DNA of 60,000 nucleotides from Laetmonice hystrix (Eukaryota): NCBI GenBank assembly GCA_965235115.1, contig OZ249436.1, positions 53,508,001 to 53,568,000 of the forward strand, read 5' to 3'. Shown piece by piece: positions 12,110 to 23,564 of this stretch (position 1 is its first letter; each line of letters starts with the position of its first letter). The notes under the pieces were generated by a model. It saw only the letters and a program-made list of their open reading frames with translations, ran no database searches and was not told where the DNA came from. The position numbers and the translations under genes were made by a program.

Positions 12110-14470
12110 GTCAGTATATATAGCAGTATATATAATTGCATAAATCAGAAAAATGTTCCCCTCCTATAATTTTTTTGCATATTATGCCACTATTTCTTTC
12201 ATCGTTTTCCATAATACCTATAGCGGGGTGGGGCAGGGAGGTCAGTATGGTGTCGCCCCTGAATGATTTGGGATCACTGTCATTTTTGACAAGCGGGAGC
12301 CCAGTTAAATTGATTGAAATTATGTTGTTTATGGCAAGTGCACCTCACTATACCTCAAACTGCCCCTTAGCGACTTGTAGCTGCGGTTGACACGAAAAGA
12401 TACAAAGGGTATGTACCCGAACTGTATAGGAGTTAAATCCCGGTCGTGTCTCGCTCAGTCGGCCTAGGTCACCGAGGGACCATGCTGGGAGGATTGAGGA
12501 TCATCACGTGTAGGTACACGGGTCATTGTTGTCACCCCGGATGGTAATCGCCTTATGTACAGTATTAATCGGCCCTTCACTTCAGGGGGTCTATTTTAAG
12601 TATAGCGTGAACTCTTCCAATGGGTCATGGCCTGCATGCTCGAGAAAATCCAGGTTGTTATTCTACTATAGGCGACTGTACAGGAAGTCTGCTTCATATT
12701 TAAATTAAAACTGCGGATATATTCGTCGCCAGTGATCATAAGATACCCCTATAGAAAATACATTCTATGGATTTTGTAGAACGTTGGTAGAACGGGAGAA
12801 GGCAGTGGAATGAAAAGGTATACATTCATAATACACTCCAGTTTTCAAAGCGTGGCCGCACTGTTTTGGATTGACAAAATGTTTACTGACACATGCTGTC
12901 CTAGTCTGTAGCGATCGAGTTTTAGTTGATCGTGCCCGCCGATAAGGTAAGGGGACCTCAGTTGATGGTAAACATCACCCACATATCTGCCTGTTTCATG
13001 GATGCAGGACCTGGCCATATCACATCTCGTACTGGTTCCGGTTTCTGCAGCTGAAGTAGTTTCATAATGGCCACAAAGTTGTTCATAAGGTTGGCTTCAA
13101 TCTTTATCCATTAAATCGACCATAACTGCGGGGATTTATTAGCCAATGTCATGCAGGTTGATATAAACAACAGGAAATAAGTTCAGAATCGTCACTAAAA
13201 CAGTAGATGTTTGACTTCTGCCTATGTTTATGAATACATCCCTTTTCCTGAGCATCCGCAGCGTAGTCCTGAAAGGACGCCCATGCACATCTTAGCCCGT
13301 AATGAGCATGAGACATGTCTATGAGGCAAGCTTGTTCCCCCTGGGCATTGGTCCCAGACAGGCCGCCGGCGCTTTTGCCAAATGCTGATTGCATGGCTGA
13401 TCTGCCACTACGGGCAAGGCCAGCCACCAGACATCCAATATTACAATTCACAATAAACAATGAAACTATAGTCTACCCGGTCTTGTTTAGACGGTAGACT
13501 ATCAAAGGAAGCCCTGTCTTGTTCAGTGCAATGTGAGCTGTGGACCAATCAGGGCCCTTGGTCTGGTCATGCGATGCATATCACGTTAAATACGACAGAC
13601 AGTGTCTGCCCTCGGCCTCGTATAAATGTTACCGGGTCAGTGTTGGCGGGCTGACTTTACGGTGTTCGTCTGCATTCTGGTTTACCATAAGCATATGCTG
13701 GTTCTTCATTTAAGATTGCAGACTGACGATAGCAATAGTAGGCCTATGCAATACTTCCCCTTTCGCCATTAAAAATATTTGAGGAAAGGTAATTACACCT
13801 AGGCCTATATAAGTACGAACGGAGGAGTAACCCTCATCTATACCACACTAACCTAATTGCCTGATAGGGGTATCTTTTGTTTTGGCTGTTAGAAGATTCT
13901 ATGTCAAATTCCACCCTCCCTGCATGGTCTGTGTCATGCAAATTCCTATGAGTTTTTTAAACAGTAAGTGTATGATTGTCAATCCGCGTGTCTTTTGCAT
14001 CCGCTGTTATGTACTCATGCAGACTATAATCGATCCCAATTAAACATTGTTTTCCAATTGTAGATGGTCCTGATATTCATATAATATGGTCTAGGCATAT
14101 GTGTGCGAAAGGGCTTTAGTCGCATCTCCGGCCTCTAAGGTCCTGGTATGAAATAAAATCTAATTATATTAGATTTCTCCGAAATTTGGCAGAAGTAGTA
14201 ATATACCACGTAGGCCTGATGTCTATCCCCGACTCCATGCCCATCCCGGTCCCCTCCCAAAGGCATTAACATAACGTGGGGGGGGGGAAACTTCGATACC
14301 CCAACTATTAGCAGCCAGGCCGGATGACGTTGACCTGCATCGCAATGTGCCCTCCTCCTACTTCCGCCGTCTATGCTGTTGCAGACCTACGAGTATTTGT
14401 CTGTATATTCGTGAAATATGGCCCTGTACCCCACAAAAACTAATCCCGTAGTCCTATTTGTTTATTGCAG

Positions 14471-14802
14471 ATGTACCTCGGCAGCACTGGTCGTGCTGTA
14501 TGCTCGGAAAGCTGGCGGGCGACAAGGGTTTCCACTGCTACGCCGGGTTCTATGCTTCTAGGATCACAATGCGTAACGTAAACCGCGCCCACAACAAGAA
14601 GATGCACTTCCACGGCCAGGACCGTATCCCTCACTGGGGAGAGGACCTCATGGCCACCTTCCAGAGGTGTGTCGCACGTCACGGCGACGAATTCCACAAG
14701 TGTTGCTATGCCGCCACAATCGAGAAGCGAGAACGTGAACGCTGGAGTCGGTATAGGCCCCATACCAGCAATCGGTCCCAGCGAGTCAGCGCCAACCCTT
14801 AA
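14471..14802 (+). CDS. Secreted anaphylatoxin-like-domain protein, terminal exon (CC-x12-C-x43-C-x10-CC)
   Basis: TTTATTGCAG acceptor, phase 1, in frame with ORF 14458-14802; WSCCMLG...HC...RC...EFHKCC; TAA stop. Confidence 0.75.
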
Positions 14803-16548
14803 AAATTACGCGTATAGTAATGACCTTTTGCACGGTCACAATTCACCATTTTTAACTTAGGACATTCAACCTGATAGTCATTCACGAAAATTACGTTAGT
14901 TTCAATACGTCATGCAAGGACCTCACCATTATTCATTATTCAGACTATCACAACCATCCTGAGTACCTCCCACGCATTGAACCCATATTGTTGTCACGAG
15001 TGTCGCGTTAAAAAATGAGTTGAACCTTACCATGCACTATAGACCTCTTCGCCTAATGGGACAGACTTTAAAAAGGACACATATATGGCCATTGTTGGAG
15101 TCAAACTGATGGGATCTCGAAAGTCATTTAGAAAGAACACAAAGCAAAAAGACTGCCAAAGTTGATGCTGCCTTATCGGCCGTCAAAGGGGGAGAACTCG
15201 ATATCATAATGTCGTCGGTATCATACGCAGGGCTCCCAAGTCCGGTAACTTACATGAATGTGAAAAGCTGACAATGACGAGGAGTCGCCATCTCCCACTG
15301 CAGTTAAACGTCAGCAAAGTTCGCACTCTTAGAGCCGTTCGTTTTTCTCTATTTGACTGACCTTTAAGATCGGTGCGTTTTCAGGCTTCAACATTACGTT
15401 TGACCTTGTAACATTATGGACCTAGTATGATCGCTCCGCCTTTTCCGCTATTATTCCACGTTAGTTTTCTAGCCAAGTGGAATAAGGCCGCCTTAATTTG
15501 GTTAGTCTAAACACTGGGTCTAGTAGTATTGCTGTTGATTTTTCGTTTCCCATTTTAGCGGGAAATCTAATTTATAGAGATAGCTAGGTATAGGCCTACC
15601 ATTTATTTTCCGACTGACATTACTTCACCGTGTAGCAGACATCACCGCGACAAAACACACAGACTGGGCAGATACCGTCAGTATTACAGGTATACATCAA
15701 GATTGCACCGACACGTATGATCCACCAGGGGTAGACTTCGTAGAGATTTTTGCTTGTGATTTGAGATACAGATATGGTAAGGAACAACTGCATCATAAAG
15801 AATAACACTTTGGAAATTCCACTCTTGTGTCCTATTAAGATGTTCTGCAGAAAATTGCAAAAGGCTAACTATATAAAAGGTGCAATAGTTTAAATACTTT
15901 TTCTGTTTTCCTGGGGATCTGCATCATGGAAGTTCGTAGTCGAAGGATTTCCAATTCTTGCAGAAGTTCGTAATAGAATTAAGAAAAAACGTCTGTCTTT
16001 CGATGCAGCTTGAGATAGCGTCCAACTTGCCGGAAGGGTTACAGTGGATCATGCATGGCTTTAACTACATCAGGTTACGGTAGAAGATAATTGTGTATTA
16101 TGACAACGAAGATAAAAAGTACTGAAACTTATCAAAGATCCATCAGTTCTATACTGGTTCACTGCAAGCCACCACTCTTTTGACAAGTAAAATGATATCG
16201 TAAAATGAGGGAATCGGCCAGTGTAACGTTGGAAAAAGCAGTTCGCCGTTCGTGCTCCTGCACCGCAATCTCCTGTCCCAATTTTACTTACTACATGTAC
16301 TTTTTGTTCAGTGAAAAATAATTGTACATACTTTTTATTATAGACTTTATCTACTTACATGCCATGTATGTAAATATAACGTATGTTATGTAAAGTATAC
16401 GTTTTAAACCTGTACAGATATGTATGCGCTTCATCATGTTAGTTAAGCCGGGTGGTTTCTGTACATATTTATGTCAAGAGCAGTGGTTTTTAAAATTTAT
16501 GATTTATTGTAATTTTGTTCTTTAATGTACTGCAATATTTTGTACCGG

Positions 16549-16554
16549 AATAAA
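16549..16554 (+). terminator. Candidate polyadenylation signal of the secreted-protein gene
   Basis: AATAAA at the end of a T-rich, TGTA-rich 3'UTR-like stretch (16290-16560). Confidence 0.4.
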
Positions 16555-17206
16555 ACATTTAAACAAGAAATATTTTCTTACTTTATTTAGTGAAATCTAT
16601 AGACACCACACGTGCCGGGAGTATGTGTATTGTATGTCCTGCAATTAACAAACATAAGGATGTAAATTGTAAACGCGTAACGTTTTTCTACACACCAGAG
16701 CTGCAACAAGTCTGTGTTAAAGAACAACATTATTTTACAAAAGAAAAAAGTGACAAAACATAGGTTAATTTCACTTACCGATCTACTGTTACACATATAG
16801 ATGTCTAATAAATAAATTTCACAAGAATCCCTGAAATCTTTGTTCAGGCTCTTGTCCATCAATAATCGAGTAGGGTCGCTTCTATCATCGAGTATCCATG
16901 AGGAGATGAGAATTTGTCAGGGGGGATAGGGTTTTATAGGTGCAGGAGCAGATCTAGGATTTCTTTCGGTGGCTGGCTGCATGCATGGGGTCTCTTTCGG
17001 CAAAGCCCCTAGCCCCACAGACGGGGGCTCTCTCCTGGCGTATAATTATAGTCCGGGTTTCAAGGGGCTATACAGCCTGATGTGTCCTGATTAATATTAA
17101 ATTTAATATAATTTTGGCTTTAATACTCCGGAGCGTTAAGGAGACCTTAATTAGACAAATTGAATCGGGAGAAAAGTAGCGCCAAAATGACCTGCATGGT
17201 ATTTAA

Positions 17207-17537
17207 AGTGGCACCCCAAATTCCTTAAATGCTTACATTTGAACCCCATGCAGTGACACCATGTTAAAATTTCATGTTCGAGCGATAAGCAGAAGTATTC
17301 TTTTTAAAATGGAGCCCAGAGTTACCGTTCGGTCCGACCGCTATTTTCTGAAGTCAGCGTGGGCTGGGGGCTAGAGGTAATCTATATAGACCATAATTAT
17401 GATTATGTCCAAATGTGGCAGCGGAATCGGAGTGGAAGCCAGCAGGACAGCAGAGACATATTTTTCCATTCCATTTAATTTTAACGTGGTGTCACTGGGG
17501 TTCATGGGTAAGTATCTGAGAAATTTGGGGTGCCCCT
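17207..17537. mobile_element. MITE, Kolobok-like (TTAA)
   Basis: TTAA|AGTGGCACCCCAAATT...AATTTGGGGTGCCCCT|TTAA with ~60-bp imperfect TIRs. Confidence 0.8.
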
Positions 17538-18201
17538 TTAAGAGCATATACTATGCTTTATTAAATTCACTCTTTTCGGCAGCATAATCACACGGTTAGC
17601 TCGACAGCGTGTGCAAAAATACAATAGGGCCTATGCAATAAGATTCTAGAAACTTATAACGTATTACATGGATTCAAACCAGCCCAAAGTACACCCGACT
17701 ATACCGCATGGATATTCCATACTGAATAACATCCTTTCCTGCATATAAATATTTAATATCCAATGATAACTTTGTGTATGAAATGGATTCATGATGTACT
17801 TGATATACAGGTGCAGAGCCCCCTAATATCTGTATAATCAATGCAGGCCACTCAGGACTGCACCGGGAGATATAGCAACACAACCCCCACGGCCAGTGTT
17901 ATCTGGCATGTTCTAGAGATAATGCTTCACATACCATACGCCCGTCAGAACTGAATGCCGACTCTTGATCTATATTCTGACCACATCAAAACACTCTGCT
18001 GTATCGGCCATCACGTCGGCCTATATCTGGACGGTGCATGATTGCCAGGAGGCCTAATATAATAGCCTCCAACAATTTGGACTTTGAATATCCCTTTTTA
18101 TCTCAAAATCTCTTTTAAGTTATATGGGCTTGACTCTCAGAAAATTCAAAATGACAGTTATAGGTGAGAGTGCGAGAGAACTCTTTTCCCGAAGAGGTCC
18201 T

Positions 18202-18377
18202 GGGCCCAGTTTTTAGTTCGTCATTTTACCAATCTTAAGACTGGAATTTTAAGACTGACTTGTGTTATGGTCTCTCATTGGCTGACTTCATTTGAAGGAC
18301 CAATCAGAAGCTCTGAAGGAAGAGTTCAATCTTAAGATTTGAATCTTAAGACTCGGTTTGCAAACTAAAAACCGGGG
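18202..18377. mobile_element. Short palindromic MITE remnant
   Basis: CCCAGTTTTTAGTT...AACTAAAAACCGGG termini and repeated TCTTAAGA palindromes. Confidence 0.5.
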
Positions 18378-19961
18378 TGGACAGTCATTTGTAAGTTGCC
18401 ATAGCCTACCACTGATAGTATTTTTAGGTCTATAGTCACATGTTCTAACTGCTTGATACCGTGGGGATATTAGGAACTGGTGGAGCCTGGATATTTATAG
18501 GGCTATATCGAGGTAACCTCAGTCATCGGATAATCTGGCTTATATAGGCCTATATTTTATATTTATGACTGAAACCTCGTAACATTGCCCCGCCGATGCA
18601 CTTTGCAGTGGCCTGTCAATAATAGGCCAATAATAGCCCCCCCCCCCAAAAAAAAAAAAAAAAAAAAAAAATTAATTAGATAATTAAATAACTGAATAAA
18701 TATTTATAATGATCGGGAAAAAAAGTTTGCTCGTGCAGAAAAACCATAACATCCCCCCCCCCTCCCGATTTGTTGGTCCGCCCGCATCATGGGAAATTGC
18801 ATGGTTGGTTGGTGGTCTTATGATTTCACGATTCACCGCCAGATGGCATCTATACTTACGACAATGGAGCGCCACTGAAGACAAGGCCTAGACCTAGGAA
18901 GGAACTGTATCTAGAATCTACGTAGGCCCTATAGGGGTAGCTGCCTAAATCGGCTTGTAGACATATAGCCTAGATCTATAGGCCTATGTGTCACTTTCGT
19001 TTGACTTTGACAATTATTATAGAGTCCATGTAGAGACTCTATAGGCCTACATGTAGGCCATTAGGCCTATGTTCAGCGGGCCCGCATATAGGCCGATAAC
19101 TACTAGTCTAGGTCTATATGTTTATGGTCATCATATTTGGATTTGGAGACAAGTCTCAAGGGCACAAAGATCAAAGGAAGTAGAGACTATAGAATCTAGG
19201 CCTAATAAAGGAAATATTGTAGGCCCTAGGCCTATAGAGTCTACACGATTTCTTCTTCTCCATAGGCCTATGTAAGGTATATACCAAAATTTCTGTGGTT
19301 TACGCTCAGTGCCCCCCCCCCCCCTATAAACTCTATAATGAACATAGGCCTAGGCCTACGGAAACATATAGGCCTAGGTCTACATCGGCCTAGGGCTAAT
19401 ATTATAAGGCATTATTGTTTTCTTCTTATAGGCCTACTTGTAGGCCCTATTTGGGCCTATAGCCTACTGTTGGCGAAGCAGGATAAGGTTTTACCGCCCC
19501 GCCCCCCCCTCGAAAAATAAAACATACCAAAAACATGGATCATGCATGCTCTGCTGTTGCGAACGCGGGAAGCCCGCGATCAGTTTGCCGAACACGCGGG
19601 AATCTGGTGGAAAGGTACCACGCTGGCGCCACCTGGTGCCACGTTTACCATTTACAGAGACAAAATATGGCATGAATATTCAGTATTTGACCTTTCATTC
19701 AGTGTTTACTTCCGCCAGAGGCCATGTTGGTATGATGTGTTGGGAAGGAAGGGGAAATTTCCTTCGTTTCTTGAAGCAAAACGCGGATATTTGCACGTTG
19801 CGGTCTGAATATAGGCCTAGGGCCTGGGCCTAAAAGGGCAGACCTATGGAAGACATAGCGTCATAGCACATAGGCCTACACGGTCACAAGTCCTACAATC
19901 CGCGGGGGCAGGTCTGTAGGAGTGTCATTTGATCGACATAGGCATAGCAGGCAAAATCGAT

Positions 19962-20048
19962 TGTAGGACATTTGGGCCACGGACGTTTGGGCCATGGACA
20001 TTTGGGCCACGAACCTGCCACGGGAGGTAGGACATTTGGGCCACGGGA
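19962..20048. repeat. Left end of the GGACATTTGGGCCAC repeat family element
   Basis: matches the reverse complement of the right end of the element at 39443-39623. Confidence 0.75.
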
Positions 20049-20539
20049 CAATAACAAGAATTCTTCAATATAATGAATAATAACATTTTATTTTGTCCCC
20101 GTCAATAATTACCACGCCCATACTGTTCTCTATCAGCGATCAATGTTTTAGAAGAGTTGTGTCACACTTATCGCCGAGTTACACCCTCTACTATTTCGTA
20201 CCAATCGATAGAAAACATGCTCATGTTAGTACATGTACATGTTTTGCATACATGTATTGCCTTGACACACACACCCACATTATGGCACTGACTCCTTGCT
20301 GTCTATTCGATGGCTAGACGGAGTATCGTCCCAGTGTAGGGACGGACAGCGTTAACGCGAAAAACCCTACCTCCTATGTCAATCACTCGCTGTGCAAAAT
20401 CCATCGTAACTACTGCCAGTTGAGGTGTCAATTCTAACGCAGCCCATCTTCTGTTCCTCTGCTGCACACTTTTCCGAGGATTTTTGCCCAAAGTTTTAAT
20501 AAATCAGACTTTCGAAATTCCGAATCGCGCTGGTTCACT

Positions 20540-20745
20540 GCCGTTAGCCGCCATACTGTTTGTTCTACTGCGCATGTTCAAAACATGCACACTGGCGACC
20601 AGCAGGGGAGCATTCATTATTCTAGACCAAACAGCAATTCCTCCATTATGGCGCCAAACTAATAGCCAACGTCTGAAATGACTGCTCCCTTCGTGAGCTT
20701 GACCCCGGATGTGGGTTTAAAAAAATGGCGCCGGTTGTAAGACTA
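20540..20745. promoter_or_regulatory. Probable promoter of the ankyrin/SOCS-box gene, possibly bidirectional
   Basis: GCCGCCAT and AAAATGGCG (YY1-type, opposite orientations), TGCGCATG (NRF1-type, 20569-20576), CGACCAGCAGGGGAGC (CTCF-like, 20596-20611); CpG-rich. Confidence 0.5.
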
Positions 20746-20804
20746 TGGAAAGTGGTCGCTTGGTTTGGAAAATGGACCGAATCTGTTGCTTAGAGGAACA
20801 CCAA
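20745..20804 (+). CDS. Candidate first coding exon of the ankyrin/SOCS-box gene
   Basis: MESGRLVWKMDRICCLEEHQ, then a GTAAGT donor; phase 0 joins in frame to the acceptor at 22010. Confidence 0.5.
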
Positions 20805-21064
20805 GTAAGTTCATTGGGCTCAGTAGCTGAAGGTAAAGGCAATCTTTTATTTGAGGTGTTGGAAGAGGTGCGCTAGCGCACATTCATTCTGCGCTAGAAC
20901 GTTTGTTCTCAGCCCGTTCGCTAGACGATAGGCCGTACACACGGCCTATGTAAGAGGCTATTCGATGGCATGCAAGGGCCATTGCTGGTCACAGAATTTC
21001 AAATAAATCTTGAAACCAACTATCAATCAGAAATGGATTCTCTCCCATTGACTTAGGCCTAATG

Positions 21065-21275
21065 GACACATAGTTTATTTTTGACACATAGCTTATAAGT
21101 CTATATTTGACACATACATGTAGTTTATTTGACACATAGTTTATTTTTGACACATAGTTTGTGTTTATTTGACACATAGTTTATTTTTGACACATAGTTT
21201 ATGTGTTTATTTGACACATAGCTTATCTTTGACACATAGTTTACGTGTTTATTTGGCACATAATTTATTTTGACA
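21065..21275. repeat. Tandem array of GACACATAGTTTATTTTT-type units (~17-25 bp)
   Basis: about 10 copies of the TTTGACACATAG core with variable spacers. Confidence 0.9.
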
Positions 21276-21499
21276 GTTTATTGGACTCATTCAGAACCTT
21301 TCAAGTTGGAGAGCTTGCAGGGAACAGAGGGCAGTTTAATTGGGCAGGGGACTGGTGCTTGCAGCTTGCTCTGTGTTCATATATTACATATGGCGGTGGA
21401 CTGGAGGAGTGAAGAGGGTCGGTTTATATCTATAAGCAAAGGAACACTAAATATTGGCAAGCTGCAAAATAAAGGAGATTAAAAACACAATTATGTTTC

Positions 21500-21601
21500 A
21501 TGGCCCGAACGTCCACCGCAGTAGACCCCCGTGGCCCAAATTAATGTCCTAGGTTGCAGGTTCGTGGCCCAAACGTCCGTGGCCCAAATGTCCGTGCATC
21601 G
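21500..21601. repeat. Right end of the GGACATTTGGGCCAC repeat family element
   Basis: CCTAGGTTGCAGGTTCGTGGCCCAAACGTCCGTGGCCCAAATGTCCGTGCA matches the reverse complement of the left end of 39443-39623. Confidence 0.75.
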
Positions 21602-22010
21602 TCAGGAATCAGGTTGTCAAGCAACTCCTATATTCCTACATTTTCCTATATTTCAGAGGAATTCCTATAACCTCATATTTTAGCAAAATTCCTCTAAAAC
21701 CACTACTTTTTCAGCTAATTTCGGATGATACATGGGATTAAACGACAAATCCTTTCTTGTTTCACAATGCAAGGTGAACTCATTTTTGCTTAATAAGGCT
21801 ATGGGAGTCTTCATTATAGAAATCTGTATTTTAATTACTGAAAAATCGTTAGCTTGCATTGTTTTAACAGACAAAATGGCATGTGGTGTTATCCAAATTT
21901 AAGTGCACTATACACCTTATTCTAGATCCACCTCAGAGATTTTTGCATACCACTAACATTAATTTAAGAAATCTTGATTACCAATAATTTTGTCCACATT
22001 CTGTTTTCAG

Positions 22011-23564
22011 GAAGGATTGCCCACTAACCTGCAATGCAAGATGGCAAAGCGTGGTGTAAAATGCAGCACACTTCCCCTGGCCACTGGTAGTTTACGGTGT
22101 GCTGTACAGAGACGTAACATACATACCATAAAAACCTACCTCGAGAATCTTTCTGTTGCACTTGATAGAGATTCGGTTCGAGATTGCCTATGTATGGCAG
22201 CAAGCAAAAACGACGTTCATTTAGTAGACCTTATACTAAAACGGGGAGTTAATCCTAACATAAAGATCAATTACATTGGTGATACGGCACTACATGTGGC
22301 ATGTCGCTGTGATAGCAGAGCTGTGGCAAAAATGCTTTTGGCGAGAAAGGATCTAATACTAAATGTTTGTAATGCTGAAGGAAATGCTGCTATACACATT
22401 CTGGCCTCAAGAGGATGTAGCACATTCATTTTGGAAATGCTGTTAGCCGATCGACGACAAGATGTGAATCTCCAGAATGATCTTAACCTGGACACAGCCT
22501 TACACATTGCTGCCCACCATGGTCATTGCAATGTCATTAAACTTCTAACAAAAGGTGGCGCTAAGTTGTCTGAGACAGATGAAGATGGAAACAGTGCATT
22601 GCATCGGGCATGTTTACGTCAAAACTGGGACGCTGCACGGATGTTAATGGAAAATCGCCGTGCCGTTAACACAAGAAACCAGTGTGGTGAAACAACATTG
22701 CATCTCCTTGCAAAGGCAGGCAATGTAGATCTTGCTAAATTGTTACAAAAAAATATCAGTAATCTAAACGTGAACACCCCTACCCATCCAGATGGTCAAG
22801 ACTGTCACCGCAGCCAAGCCGAGGCTGGTGCCACTGCCCTACATGTGGCCGCCAAGAATGGTCATTCAGCTTTTCTCTCTTGGCTTATGTCTGTGGGAGC
22901 CGATATCACCCTGACAACCAAGTTTGAATACACCGCCATGCATCTAGCAGCTGCCACTGGTAGCACCAGAGCCGTTCAGGAATTGCTCCTCAGCAAGGCA
23001 TCAGTGTCCAGCAGGGACAGTCATGATGTCATGCCTCATCACTTGGCAGCAAGAGGAGGTCATACTGGTGTGCTCTCCCTTCTTCTCCAGAGCAGATGCC
23101 CAATTAATGCAACAAATCGTGTAGGGATGACAGCATATGATCTGGCAATAAAGTGGAACCATTACCAAACTGCTGTTCTTTTGGTCATACACGGTACTCG
23201 TATTAAAAACCATGATAACATTCGTCACCGAATGATATACACCACAGCTAAGAGGGAGCTGAGAGAGTTGGCCTACCTAGTTGGTGTCATGAGGATCTCT
23301 GGTTGTGATACAGGCGCACTGGTTCTTCTCAAGTCGATGCCATACCCAACTGATGATCGGTTTGCAAATTCCAACCTCGCATCGCATTGTCGTCGAACCA
23401 TCAGAAGGCATATAATTTCTCTTCAAAAGAAACAAAGTATTTGGGGCATTTTAATGCGTTTGCCACTGCCCACGTCTCTGAAACAGTTTCTCTTGATGAA
23501 AGAGTTTCTTACACTGTGTGATAGCGACAGTGAAAAACTCTTTTTTGCAAATAAATCATTTTAG
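22011..23564 (+). CDS. Ankyrin repeat and SOCS box-containing protein (ASB-like E3 ligase substrate adaptor), main exon
   Basis: ~9-10 ankyrin repeats (GDTALHVAC, DTALHIAA, GNSALHRAC, GETTLHLLA, GATALHVAA...) and a C-terminal SOCS box (NLASHCRRTIR...LPLPTSLKQFLL); TTCTGTTTTCAG acceptor at 22010; in-exon ATG at 22041. Confidence 0.92.
   Translation, partial: EGLPTNLQCKMAKRGVKCSTLPLATGSLRCAVQRRNIHTIKTYLENLSVALDRDSVRDCLCMAASKNDVHLVDLILKRGVNPNIKINYIGDTALHVACRCDSRAVAKMLLARKDLILNVCNAEGNAAIHILASRGCSTFILEMLLADRRQDVNLQNDLNLDTALHIAAHHGHCNVIKLLTKGGAKLSETDEDGNSALHRACLRQNWDAARMLMENRRAVNTRNQCGETTLHLLAKAGNVDLAKLLQKNISNLNVNTPTHPDGQDCHRSQAEAGATALHVAAKNGHSAFLSWLMSVGADITLTTKFEYTAMHLAAATGSTRAVQELLLSKASVSSRDSHDVMPHHLAARGGHTGVLSLLLQSRCPINATNRVGMTAYDLAIKWNHYQTAVLLVIHGTRIKNHDNIRHRMIYTTAKRELRELAYLVGVMRISGCDTGALVLLKSMPYPTDDRFANSNLASHCRRTIRRHIISLQKKQSIWGILMRLPLPTSLKQFLLMKEFLTLCDSDSEKLFFANKSF

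Noticed and set aside
15040..15570. Possible MITE with TAGA termini
   Set aside because: Inverted repeats too degenerate to support by eye.
21065..21275. Repeat with variable spacers resembling a CRISPR array
   Set aside because: Spacers are a few low-complexity bases, there are no cas genes, and the context is eukaryotic.
21990..22010. TTG start of the 524-aa ORF
   Set aside because: This is the intronic pyrimidine tract and acceptor; the real start is upstream (20745) or at ATG 22041.
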